DNA of 52,078 nt from Gemmatimonadales bacterium (GTDB lineage Bacteria; Gemmatimonadota; Gemmatimonadetes; Gemmatimonadales; GWC2-71-9). A program made the translations under genes and the position numbers. Under the pieces are notes generated by a model. The model had not been told where the DNA came from. It did not search any database and was given only the letters and a program-made list of their open reading frames with translations. The stretch's first letter is position 1. Every line of letters starts with the position of its first letter. Location of the stretch: assembly GCA_041613315.1 (NCBI GenBank), contig JBFJHJ010000021.1, positions 1-52,078 of the forward strand, written 5' to 3'. Below are positions 36,592-45,907 of this stretch, in pieces.

Positions 36592-39231
36592 CTACAGCCC
36601 CAGCCAGTAGGCGATCTTCATCGCGAAGACGTTCGTCCCCTCGGCGCTGAAGCCGTCGCCGATGGCGCCGAAGGGCGAGCCGGTCGCGAGCGTCGTTTCG
36701 TCCCGGCGGTCCTGTTGCCACACGAGAAACAGGGTCGAGCCCGGCCGGAACTCCCAGCGCAACACGGCGCTCGTCCGGAGCGACGCGAGCCGGAAGTCGG
36801 GCTCGTCGAAGGTGAAGTCCGTGCGCCCGTCCCGGTCGACGTCCAGCGACACGTCGGCATCCCCGCCCGGGCGCGTCGCGCGGTCGACGTCGAGCCCGTC
36901 GAAGCGGTCGGCATAACGCTGGGCCTTGGGGTCCGCGGCCAGCTTCAGAGGCGCGTAGCGGCCCACGGAGGCGAACGGCTGGGCATAGAACTCGAACGAG
37001 AGTTTCGGGCTGAGCGCCAGGTCCGCCCGCAACGTGACGGACAGTTCACGACGCTCCAGTCGGCCGAACACATAGTACGTCGAGTCGCCCACCGTCTCCT
37101 GCGTGATGTACTGGCGGTCGTTCGTCTCCCATGTCGCGCGCCCGTCGAGGCTCAGCGACACACTGCCCGGCGGCCGCAACCGCACGCCGGCGTTGGCCCG
37201 CCACTGACCGGCCCCGGTCCCGTCCTCCCACTCACGGGTCACTCCGCCATTTATCGAGACCGGGCGCCGAAAATCGGTACGCCCGCCCAGCCGCCACTCC
37301 CACGCACCCGGCTCGCGCAGCGCCGGCCCACCGCGCAAGAGCCGCGTGGCGAGCGCGGGAAACGCGCGCTCGACATTGAGATTCAGATTCCAGTAGTTCA
37401 GGAAATCGCCTGAGAGCCGCGTTTCCAACGTCGTCCGGGTCCGCTCCCCACCGTAGGTGAACTCGGCGCGCTCCTCCACGCGCCACTCGAACTCGCGGAA
37501 CACGGAGCCGGGCGTCAGCCAGCGAAGCTCGGCCTCCACCGCCTGGACGTGCAGGTCGGTCTGGCGGAGAAAGCCCAGGTCGTTGATGTCGAAGCCGGGG
37601 CTGCGCGTCCCGTAGAACAGATTCCAGGTCGCGAAGCCCACCGCTTTGGCGAGGTGGGCGTACGCGGCGAACCCGTCCAGCGCGGTCCGGCTCGAGTCGA
37701 GCCGCGCGTGGGTCTGGTCGGGGCGCTGAAAATACCGCGCGGACCGCCGCTGCGTGCGGATCAGCGCGTCGACGGGCCCCTCGACCCGGGAGCCCAGCAG
37801 CGCCACGTCGTAGACGAACCGATCGCCGCCGAACCGCCCGTGCACATCCACGCCACCGGAAAAGGCCCGCGTGTGCAACTCGTCGAACGCGGGGTCGTTC
37901 AGGTCCCGCACGACACCAGCGAGCATCGCGCCATAGGTGAGCCGTCCACGGCGCAGCGTCCGCTGGGCGCGGATCGCCGTATAACTGGTGAGGGGCTCCA
38001 CCGGCGCGCGACCGTCCGCCCCGAGCGAGTCCACGATACGGACAGTCTCCCGTGCCGTGAGCGCCTGCGCGAGCCCCAAGGCCCAGCCCTTCCCCGCCTG
38101 GCCGGTGAGCTTGGCCGCGCCCAGGATGGTCGTCTGCCGCAGATCCTCCGCGTACCCGCCGCCGTCGTCGGCATCGGTCTGCGGGGCCCGTCCGATCCGC
38201 CGGGTATACACGAGCCCCTCCTCATCACCGCGTCCGCCACCGAACTCGTTGCGCTCCGGGGGCGTCATGCCGAACTGGAAGAGGTTGGTTCCCTCGATGA
38301 AAAAGGGGCGCTTCTCCGGAAAGAACGTCTCGAATGCCGACAGGTTGACCACCGCCGGATCCGCCTCGACCTGCCCGAAGTCCGGGTTGGCGGTGAGGTC
38401 GAGCGTGAGTCCGCTCCCCACCCCGAGCTTGAGATCTCCTCCCATCCGCACCGAGGCCTCCTCGCCGGTCGCGAAGGGGTCCCCCAAGACGGCGGGACTG
38501 AAGGCGGCGCTGCCGGCCGTGTAGGGGAGCAGCTCCATGCGTCGCGGCGTTGGGACATCGCTGAGGCCCACCAACTCTCCGTAGCGCGAGACCTCGCCGG
38601 CCTGGTCCCGAGGGAAGAACGGCCAGTTCTGCTCCTCGTTGCGGCGATTGATCGAGCGCCGGATGCGTACGCCGAACACCACCGACTCCGTCCCGGAGAA
38701 GCGCAGTTGGGAGAACGGGATCCGCAGCTCGACGGTCCAGCCCAGGGAATCGGTGCGGGTGGCCCAGTCGTAGACGGGATCCCACGAGTCGTCCCGGCCG
38801 CCGCCATCGTCATAGATGAACACGTCGCGTCGCGCGCCGGAGGGGTTGATGGAGAACTCGAACGCGGTTCGGCGGTCGTGAAACGAGTCGATGAAGAGGG
38901 TGAAGTAATCGGCCGCCGTCCGCTGGTCGCGCCGGACCAAGCGTCCGTATACCCGCCCCGGCTCACGATCGTAGCCGCGGAAGGCCACGTAGAGATCGCG
39001 ATCGGAATAGACGAACCGGACCTCGGTGGACTCGCTGGGGGCCGCTCCCTCCACGGGGTTCCGCTGGAGGAAGTCTTTGACGGGCGGCGCGTATCGCCAG
39101 GCGTCGTCATCCAGGACGCCGTCGATGGTCGGCGGCGTGCCCTGCACGCGGACGGCACGTGCCGCATCCTGAGCACCGGCGGCCAGTGGGGCGAGCGTGG
39201 TGAGTGCGATCAGCAACGTGGCCGCGCGCAT
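36592..39231 (-). CDS. CBM9-like sugar-binding domain plus DUF5916 outer-membrane beta-barrel protein
   Basis: PTIDGVLDD.AW, W.VELRIPFSQLRF, NPDFGQVEAD and FETFFPEKRPFFIEG; amphipathic C-terminal KIAYWLGL. Confidence 0.85.
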   Translation of the reverse strand: MRAATLLIALTTLAPLAAGAQDAARAVRVQGTPPTIDGVLDDDAWRYAPPVKDFLQRNPVEGAAPSESTEVRFVYSDRDLYVAFRGYDREPGRVYGRLVRRDQRTAADYFTLFIDSFHDRRTAFEFSINPSGARRDVFIYDDGGGRDDSWDPVYDWATRTDSLGWTVELRIPFSQLRFSGTESVVFGVRIRRSINRRNEEQNWPFFPRDQAGEVSRYGELVGLSDVPTPRRMELLPYTAGSAAFSPAVLGDPFATGEEASVRMGGDLKLGVGSGLTLDLTANPDFGQVEADPAVVNLSAFETFFPEKRPFFIEGTNLFQFGMTPPERNEFGGGRGDEEGLVYTRRIGRAPQTDADDGGGYAEDLRQTTILGAAKLTGQAGKGWALGLAQALTARETVRIVDSLGADGRAPVEPLTSYTAIRAQRTLRRGRLTYGAMLAGVVRDLNDPAFDELHTRAFSGGVDVHGRFGGDRFVYDVALLGSRVEGPVDALIRTQRRSARYFQRPDQTHARLDSSRTALDGFAAYAHLAKAVGFATWNLFYGTRSPGFDINDLGFLRQTDLHVQAVEAELRWLTPGSVFREFEWRVEERAEFTYGGERTRTTLETRLSGDFLNYWNLNLNVERAFPALATRLLRGGPALREPGAWEWRLGGRTDFRRPVSINGGVTREWEDGTGAGQWRANAGVRLRPPGSVSLSLDGRATWETNDRQYITQETVGDSTYYVFGRLERRELSVTLRADLALSPKLSFEFYAQPFASVGRYAPLKLAADPKAQRYADRFDGLDVDRATRPGGDADVSLDVDRDGRTDFTFDEPDFRLASLRTSAVLRWEFRPGSTLFLVWQQDRRDETTLATGSPFGAIGDGFSAEGTNVFAMKIAYWLGL

Positions 39232-39429
39232 CGAGCCTCGTCCCGACCGGCCCGGCGGACGTTAGCGCCCACCGACCAACCGGGGAAGGAAAAAGGAGCG
39301 TGGAGTCGGAGTCAGCAAAGGTAACAGGATCGGGCGTCGTCTTCACGCCTCCGTGTGCGCTACGCACGAGCGGGACCCTGCGTTGAGCGTCCTGCCGCTC
39401 CCGCCACGCCGGGCCTGTATATTCCGCCC

Positions 39430-40089
39430 ATGCCGGCCGATCGCCTCGACACCTACCTGTTCGACCTCGATGGGACGCTGATCGATTCGATCGAGCTCAT
39501 CATGAGCTCGTATCGCCACACGCTGCTCACGCACCGGGGGAGCGCGCCGGACGACGACGTGTGGCTGGCCGGGTTGGGCACACCGCTCTGGGTGCAATTC
39601 CGGCGCTTCACGGACGACCCTGCCGAGATCGCGGCCATGGTGGACACCTACCGGGAGCACAACCTGCGGCATCACGACGAGATGGTACGACCCTATCCGG
39701 GGGTTCACGAGGCCCTGGAGGCGCTGGCGGCCCGCGGGGTGCGCCTCGCGATTGTCACGAGCAAGCTGCGCGCGGGCACCCTGCGGGGACTCGCCCGGTG
39801 TGGCTTCGAGGACCTGTTCGAACTCCTGGTATGCGCCGACGACGTGGAACGACACAAGCCGGACCCGGAGCCCGTGCTCACCGCCCTCGAGCGGTTGGCC
39901 GCGGACGCCCGCCGGAGCGTGTTCATCGGAGACTCCCCGCACGACCTCGCCGCGGGCCGCGCCGCCGGCGTCCGCACCGGTGCGGCGCTCTGGGGACCGT
40001 TCCCGCGACGGGATCTCGAGCCCCACGAGCCCGACCACTGGCTCGCGGCGCCGTCGGCCATCGCGACGCTGGACGGCAGGTGGGCGTGA
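39430..40089 (+). CDS. HAD-IA family hydrolase (PpaX-like pyrophosphatase/phosphatase)
   Basis: FDLDGTL, TSK, KPDPEP and GDSPHD. Confidence 0.88.
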   Translation: MPADRLDTYLFDLDGTLIDSIELIMSSYRHTLLTHRGSAPDDDVWLAGLGTPLWVQFRRFTDDPAEIAAMVDTYREHNLRHHDEMVRPYPGVHEALEALAARGVRLAIVTSKLRAGTLRGLARCGFEDLFELLVCADDVERHKPDPEPVLTALERLAADARRSVFIGDSPHDLAAGRAAGVRTGAALWGPFPRRDLEPHEPDHWLAAPSAIATLDGRWA

Positions 40090-40151
40090 CGGGTGGCACG
40101 GCGGCCCGCCGCACCGCACCTTAGCGTGGCGGGGACGGAGCGGAGCACGGC

Positions 40152-41105
40152 ATGAATCAGGTCAACCAGTGGATCCAGCAGACGCTGGGCATGAGCCAGG
40201 CGACGCAGGGTCGCATCTTCGACTCGGTCGTCGCGATCCTGCTCCTCTGGGCCATCCGCCGTACCGTCCTCTGGTTCGCGTTCCGCCGCAGCGACGACGT
40301 CCGGGCACGCTACCGCTGGAAGAAGACCTCGCTGTACATCACCGTCCCGATCGGCATCCTCATCGTGGGGCGGATCTGGTTTGAGGGCTTCACCTCCCTC
40401 GCGACGTTCCTGGGCCTCGTCTCCGCCGGTCTCGCCATCGCGCTCAAGGACCTGCTCATCAACCTGGCCGGCTGGGGATTCATCCTGTGGCGCCGGCCCT
40501 TCGAGGTCGGTGACCGGATCGAGATCGGCAGCAACGCCGGCGACGTCATCGACCTCCGGATCTTCCAGTTCAGCCTGCTCGAGATCGGCAACTGGGTGCA
40601 TGCCGACCAGAGCACCGGCCGGATCATCCACGTCCCCAACGGGAAGGTGTTCGTCGAGTCGCTGGCCAACTACACGCGGGGCTTCCAGTACATCTGGAAC
40701 GAGATTCCGGTGCTCTTGACGTTCGAGAGCAACTGGCGCAAGGCGAAAGAACTGCTGCAGGCGATCGCTGAAAAGCACGCCGCCCATCTGACCGAAGACG
40801 CCGCGCGGCGCGTGCGGGAAGTCTCGCGGCGATTCATGATCTTCTACTCGCGGCTGACGCCGATCGTGTACACGACCGTCGCCGACAGCGGCGTCCTGCT
40901 CACGGTCCGCTATCTCTGTGAAGCCCGGCAGCGCCGCGGCACCACCCAGGCCGTCTGGGAAGACATCCTGGACGCCTTCGCCGCCTGCGAGGATATCGAT
41001 TACGCCTACCCCACCCAGCGGTTCTACGACAACCGGCTGGAGGGCAAAGCCGGGGCCCGGGCGCCCACCGAGGTGCTGCGACGGATCGACGGGGAGCGAG
41101 GGTAG
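40152..41105 (+). CDS. mscS: Small-conductance mechanosensitive channel family protein
   Basis: TM helices; GLAIALKD...N, RPFEVGDRIEIG..GDV and IHVPN. Confidence 0.88.
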   Translation: MNQVNQWIQQTLGMSQATQGRIFDSVVAILLLWAIRRTVLWFAFRRSDDVRARYRWKKTSLYITVPIGILIVGRIWFEGFTSLATFLGLVSAGLAIALKDLLINLAGWGFILWRRPFEVGDRIEIGSNAGDVIDLRIFQFSLLEIGNWVHADQSTGRIIHVPNGKVFVESLANYTRGFQYIWNEIPVLLTFESNWRKAKELLQAIAEKHAAHLTEDAARRVREVSRRFMIFYSRLTPIVYTTVADSGVLLTVRYLCEARQRRGTTQAVWEDILDAFAACEDIDYAYPTQRFYDNRLEGKAGARAPTEVLRRIDGERG

Positions 41106-41241
41106 CGGGCACCGGCCGCACCCCGGCGCCGGCGCGCCCCGGCGATCTCCCCGCGTGAACCCTTCCCAACGTTCTCGCCGTACGGCCTATCTAAGGAAAG
41201 ACCCTCACTACCAGCCACCGTTCGCCTTGGGAGGCGATCTC

Positions 41242-42339
41242 ATGACTGTGTCGGCCACATCGCCGCGTGCGCGGCGCGTGACGGCGATTGGGCTTCTGAC
41301 GGCGGGCCTCGCGGCGCTCGCGACGGGCCCGGTCGCCGGACAGGAGCGGTTCGAGTTGTCGAGCGACCATGTCGCCGTGTACAACCTCGTCGGCGAGGTC
41401 AACGTGGAGCCCACGTCGGGATCGGCTGTGATCGTGGAGGTCCGCCGGGGCGGTCGCGACGCCGGCCAGCTGCGCATCGAGCGCGGCCCGCTCGAGGGGC
41501 GCGAGACCCTTCGCATCCTCTACCCGGGAGACGCGATCCGCTACCGAGAGCTGTCCGGGGGGGGCCACACGACCCTTCGCGTCCGCGATGACGGGACGTT
41601 CGGCGACCACCACGGCGGCCGGCGTGACCGGTGGCGCGACGGGCGGCGTGTCGAGATTCGCGGGGACGGGCCGGGGCTCGAGGCCTACGCGAACCTCACG
41701 ATCCGCGTCCCCGCCGGGCAGCGGATCGCCGTCAATCTCGGCGTCGGTGCCGCGTCACTCCGCAACGTGCACGGGCAGATCACGGTGGACGCCGCGAGCG
41801 CGCCCGTCACCGCCACGGGCTCCCGCGGCACCCTCTCGATCGACGTCGGGTCGGGCACCGTGAGCGTCACCGATGCCGAGGGCGACGTGGACCTCGACAC
41901 CGGTTCCGGGAGCGTGAACGTGAACGGCGTCCGGGGGGACATCCTCCGCGTGGACACGGGCTCCGGCAGCGTGATCGCGTCACGCGTGGCCGTCGCCACC
42001 CTGGACATCGATACCGGCTCCGGCGACATCGAGGTCGGCGCCAGCACCGCGGACCGCATCCGGCTGGACACGGGCAGCGGATCGGTCGTCATGGACGTCG
42101 CCTCGGCGCCCCGGTCGATCGAGATCGACACCGGGTCCGGCGGCGTGACGCTGACGATTCCTGCGTCGTTCGGCGCGCGTGTCGAGATCGAGACGGGATC
42201 CGGCGACATTGATGTCGGGTTCCCGGTGACGGTGACGCGCTGGGAGCGCGACCACCTCGTGGGCACGATTGGCGACGGGAGCGGCCGCCTCGTGATCGAT
42301 ACGGGATCGGGCTCCGTGAGGTTGAAGAAGCGTTCGTAG
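41242..42339 (+). CDS. DUF4097 family beta-strand repeat (putative adhesin) protein
   Basis: GGAGG RBS; signal peptide; about eight (D/E)(T/V)GSG(S/D/G/T)(V/I) repeats. Confidence 0.85.
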   Translation: MTVSATSPRARRVTAIGLLTAGLAALATGPVAGQERFELSSDHVAVYNLVGEVNVEPTSGSAVIVEVRRGGRDAGQLRIERGPLEGRETLRILYPGDAIRYRELSGGGHTTLRVRDDGTFGDHHGGRRDRWRDGRRVEIRGDGPGLEAYANLTIRVPAGQRIAVNLGVGAASLRNVHGQITVDAASAPVTATGSRGTLSIDVGSGTVSVTDAEGDVDLDTGSGSVNVNGVRGDILRVDTGSGSVIASRVAVATLDIDTGSGDIEVGASTADRIRLDTGSGSVVMDVASAPRSIEIDTGSGGVTLTIPASFGARVEIETGSGDIDVGFPVTVTRWERDHLVGTIGDGSGRLVIDTGSGSVRLKKRS

Positions 42340-42364
42340 GCGCGCGACCGGCAGACCCCGTGCG

Positions 42365-42392
42365 AGGGGCGGGGCGGCGGTGCCCCGCCCCT
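42365..42392 (+). terminator. 11-bp hairpin after DUF4097 gene
   Basis: AGGGGCGGGGC-GGCGGT-GCCCCGCCCCT followed by a pyrimidine-rich tail. Confidence 0.55.
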
Positions 42393-42448
42393 TCTGCCCC
42401 CTCTCCGTTCCCGCTACCTTCCGAGTCGTGCCTCCGCGGGAGCGTGCC

Positions 42449-43567
42449 TTGCCTTTCGTGACCTTCGACCTCGAGCGCTGGCAGAGCACCTGGGAGAACC
42501 AGGTGCGCTACAACCTCTCGGAAAGCGGCGTCCACCCCCTCTCCATCGCCGAACTGCTGGACTTGAGCGGCGGCTCGGTGGACGCGTTCACGGCCCTCCG
42601 CATGGTCTACAGCCAGTCCGACGGCACCGAGGAGTTGAGAGCCGCCATCGCGGCGCTGTATCCGGGCGCGACGCCGAACCACGTGACGGTGACCGTAGGA
42701 AGCTCGGAAGCGAACTTCATCGCGTGCTGGACGTTGATCGAGCGCGGCGACCGGGTGGTCGTGGTGACGCCGACCTACATGCAGACCCACGGTCTGGCGC
42801 GGAACTTCGGCGCGGAGGTCGTGGAGCTTCCGCTTCGGCCCGAGCGGCGGTGGCAGCCCGACCCGGCGGAGATCGCGCGCGCCATCACGCCGGGCACGAA
42901 GCTCGTGGTGGTGACCAACCCCAACAATCCGACCGGCCAGATCCTCGCGGACGACGCGAGCGCGGTCCTGCTTGATCGGGTACGCGCGACCGGGGCCTGG
43001 CTGCTCGCCGATGAGGTCTACCGGGGCGCGGAGCGTCAGGGCGCCATCACCCCGTCCTTCTGGGGCGGCGCCGAGCGCGTCCTCGCCGTGAATGGGCTGT
43101 CGAAGGCCTACGGGCTCCCCGGGCTGCGCATCGGCTGGATCGTCAGCTCACCCGAGTTCAAGCAGTCGGTCGTCCGGCGGCACGACTATACCGTGATCGG
43201 TCCAAGTCCCGCCAGCGATTACCTGGCGCGGCGCGCGCTCGGCGCGCGCGAGCGGATTCAGGCACGCACGCGCCGCATCCTCAACACCAACTGGCCGACC
43301 CTGGAGCGGTGGCTCACCGGGTTCGATGGGTTGTTCGACTGGATCGAGCCCGCGGCCGGGGCAATCTGCATGGTGCGCTACCGGACGGAGCTCGGCGCCC
43401 TCGATCTCGTGGAGCAGATTCGAGCGCGGCACGGCATCCTGCTCGTCCCCGGGGATCACTTCGACCTGCCGCGACACCTGCGACTGGGTTACGGGAACGA
43501 ACCCGACGAGTTCGCACCCGCGCTGCGGGACCTCGCGACCGGCGTGCGGTCCGTCTTGATGGACTAG
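42449..43567 (+). CDS. Class I/II PLP-dependent aminotransferase
   Basis: NLSESG, NPNNPTG, DEVY and SKAYGLPGLRIG (PLP Lys). Start is either TTG 42449 (GGGAG RBS) or GTG 42428. Confidence 0.88.
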   Translation: MPFVTFDLERWQSTWENQVRYNLSESGVHPLSIAELLDLSGGSVDAFTALRMVYSQSDGTEELRAAIAALYPGATPNHVTVTVGSSEANFIACWTLIERGDRVVVVTPTYMQTHGLARNFGAEVVELPLRPERRWQPDPAEIARAITPGTKLVVVTNPNNPTGQILADDASAVLLDRVRATGAWLLADEVYRGAERQGAITPSFWGGAERVLAVNGLSKAYGLPGLRIGWIVSSPEFKQSVVRRHDYTVIGPSPASDYLARRALGARERIQARTRRILNTNWPTLERWLTGFDGLFDWIEPAAGAICMVRYRTELGALDLVEQIRARHGILLVPGDHFDLPRHLRLGYGNEPDEFAPALRDLATGVRSVLMD

Positions 43568-43610
43568 GCCGACGCCGAAGCGCGGCGCACGGTGGGAGGC
43601 GCCTACCGGC

Positions 43611-45815
43611 TCACCACGTGCCGCGCACCGCGTACGGAACGAGCTTGTTCTTCAGCCAGCCCGTGATGTACCCGAACACGTTCACGCGCGCCGTGCCGCC
43701 GGAAATGCCGTGGGCTTTGTTCGGGTACAGTCGCATGTCGAACTGCTTCCCCGCCTCTTCCAGCTTCTGCACGAGCTGAGTCGTGTTCTGGGAATGCACG
43801 TTGTCGTCGCCGGTGCCATGGATCACCAGCAGGTCGCCCTGTAGCTGGTCGACATACGCGAGGGGCGCGCCCTGCCGATACCCGGCCGCGTTTTCCTGCG
43901 GCGTGCGCATATAGCGCTCGGTGTAGATCGTGTCGTACAGACGCCAGTCCGTGACGGGAGCCACGGAGACCGCCGCCGCAAACACGTCGCCTCCGGTGAA
44001 CAGGGACATCAGCGACATGTAGCCGCCGTAGCTCCATCCCCAGATGGCCATCCGTCGGGCGTCAACGAACGGCAGCGAGCCGAGATACCGCGCCGCGGCA
44101 ACCTGGTCGGCAGCCTCGATCTGGCCCAATCGGAGATAGGTGAGCTTCTTGAAGTCCCGGCCTCGAGCGCCCGTGCCGCGGTTGTCCACGCTGGCGATCA
44201 CGATCCCCTCGCGGGCCAGCAGCTGGTGCCAGAGCGACCGGGAGCCACCCCACGCGTTCGTCACCGTCTGCGATCCCGGCCCGCCGTAGACATACAGCAG
44301 CAGGGGATACTGGCGTGACGGGTCGAAGCCCGGCGGCTTGATCAGATAGGCGTTGAGCTCCACCCCGTCCGCCACGGGAATTCTCAGATACTCCGGTGGC
44401 ACGAGCCCCAGCGCCTCCACATTGGCGTGGGCCGTGCCGCTTGGCGTGATGTCTCGGACCCGGCGCCCGTCCGCACTCCGCAGCACCTGAACCGGCGGCC
44501 GCGCCGCCGTGGAATAGGTGTTGACGTACAGGGTATAGGTCGGATTGAACTGGGCGCGATGCGTGCCGCCCTCGGCGGACACGCGCGTGAGACGACCGCC
44601 GTTGAGGCCGACCCGATACACCGGTCGGACGAGGGCGCCGTCTCCCGCCCCCGTGAAGTACACGACGGACCCGCGCTCGTCGACCCCGAACACATCCGTC
44701 ACATCCCACTGCCCCTGCGTGATCTTGCGGATCAGCCGGCCGTCGCGCCGAAACAGGAAGAGCTGGCGGTAGCCGTCCCGCTCGCTAGGGTACACGAACT
44801 GCCGCCCGCCGTCCAACCAGATCGGCTCCTCGGCGTCCACCCACGCGGGGTCGGCATCGGTCATGATGACTTGCGACACGCCGGTCCGCACGTTGGCGAG
44901 GAGCAGGTCGAGCCGGTTCTGATGCCGATTCAGTCGCGTGAGCCATACCTCCTCGGCCGAATCGGCGAAATCCATGGCCGCGACGTAGATGTCGCGCTCG
45001 GCCCCGAGGTCGATCCACGTGACGGCGCCGGTGGCGATCTCCACCACCCCGATGCGGACGTCGGAGTTCGCGGTGCCGGCCTTGGGATACCGGACCGGTG
45101 TCAGCGCCGGGTACAGCGCCGTCTCGTCCAGCAGATAGAAGGGGCGGATCGCCGACTGGTCGAGACGCCAGAACGCTATCCGGCCCCCGTCCGGGCTGAA
45201 CCGGAACGCGTCCCACAGGGACAGCTCTTCCTCGTATACCCAGTCGGTGGTGCCGTTGATCACGTCCTCGCTGCCGTCGGAAGTGAGACGGCGCTCCTCG
45301 CCGCTTGTGAGATCGCGGACGAAGAGATCATGATCGCGGACGAAGCCCACGTACCGGCCATCCGGCGAGAACTTCGCCGCCAGCTGCGGACCATCGCTCG
45401 CCGACACCGGCGTGAGCGTCCGGCTGCGGACATCCCACACGTAGAACGTGCCCATGGCGCTGCGGCGCCACCCGCGAATGGTATTCGTCCGGAGGAGAAT
45501 CTTCGAGCGGTCGCGGGAGAAGGTGAACTCGTCGATCGTCACCGGCGTCGCCCCGCCCACCGGCACGAGATCCGCGCCGCCCACGACGAGCTCCCGCCGC
45601 CCGCTCGCGGCCTCGACACGGTAGAGATCCGTCCGATCCCCGTTCTGCTCCACGACCGCGTAGTACGCCTCGTCGATCCAGGTGAGATCCGCCAAGGTCG
45701 GGGAGAGCTCGGACGAGGCGAAGATGCGCTCGAGGGTGAGGTCAGCATCCTGCGCCGCGAGAGGCGAAGCCAGCGCGAGGCCGAGGCCGGCGAGATACCA
45801 CAGAGTACGATTCAT
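43611..45815 (-). CDS. S9B dipeptidyl peptidase IV family protein
   Basis: Signal peptide; DWVYEEE, YPKAG, YGGP, GWSYGG, DDNVH and catalytic His. Confidence 0.93.
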   Translation of the reverse strand: MNRTLWYLAGLGLALASPLAAQDADLTLERIFASSELSPTLADLTWIDEAYYAVVEQNGDRTDLYRVEAASGRRELVVGGADLVPVGGATPVTIDEFTFSRDRSKILLRTNTIRGWRRSAMGTFYVWDVRSRTLTPVSASDGPQLAAKFSPDGRYVGFVRDHDLFVRDLTSGEERRLTSDGSEDVINGTTDWVYEEELSLWDAFRFSPDGGRIAFWRLDQSAIRPFYLLDETALYPALTPVRYPKAGTANSDVRIGVVEIATGAVTWIDLGAERDIYVAAMDFADSAEEVWLTRLNRHQNRLDLLLANVRTGVSQVIMTDADPAWVDAEEPIWLDGGRQFVYPSERDGYRQLFLFRRDGRLIRKITQGQWDVTDVFGVDERGSVVYFTGAGDGALVRPVYRVGLNGGRLTRVSAEGGTHRAQFNPTYTLYVNTYSTAARPPVQVLRSADGRRVRDITPSGTAHANVEALGLVPPEYLRIPVADGVELNAYLIKPPGFDPSRQYPLLLYVYGGPGSQTVTNAWGGSRSLWHQLLAREGIVIASVDNRGTGARGRDFKKLTYLRLGQIEAADQVAAARYLGSLPFVDARRMAIWGWSYGGYMSLMSLFTGGDVFAAAVSVAPVTDWRLYDTIYTERYMRTPQENAAGYRQGAPLAYVDQLQGDLLVIHGTGDDNVHSQNTTQLVQKLEEAGKQFDMRLYPNKAHGISGGTARVNVFGYITGWLKNKLVPYAVRGTW

Positions 45816-45907
45816 GGCTCGTGGGATACAGGGTGTGCGTTGATGTGAGTCACGGCAGCGAAATGTACACCGTTGACCGGCCGATGCCGATGGGACGACC
45901 GCCGGCC

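Noticed and set aside
41830..42320. Repeated GACACCGGCTCCGGC-like DNA motifs
   Set aside because: These are coding repeats of DTGSG in the DUF4097 protein. They are degenerate at third positions and are not a CRISPR array.
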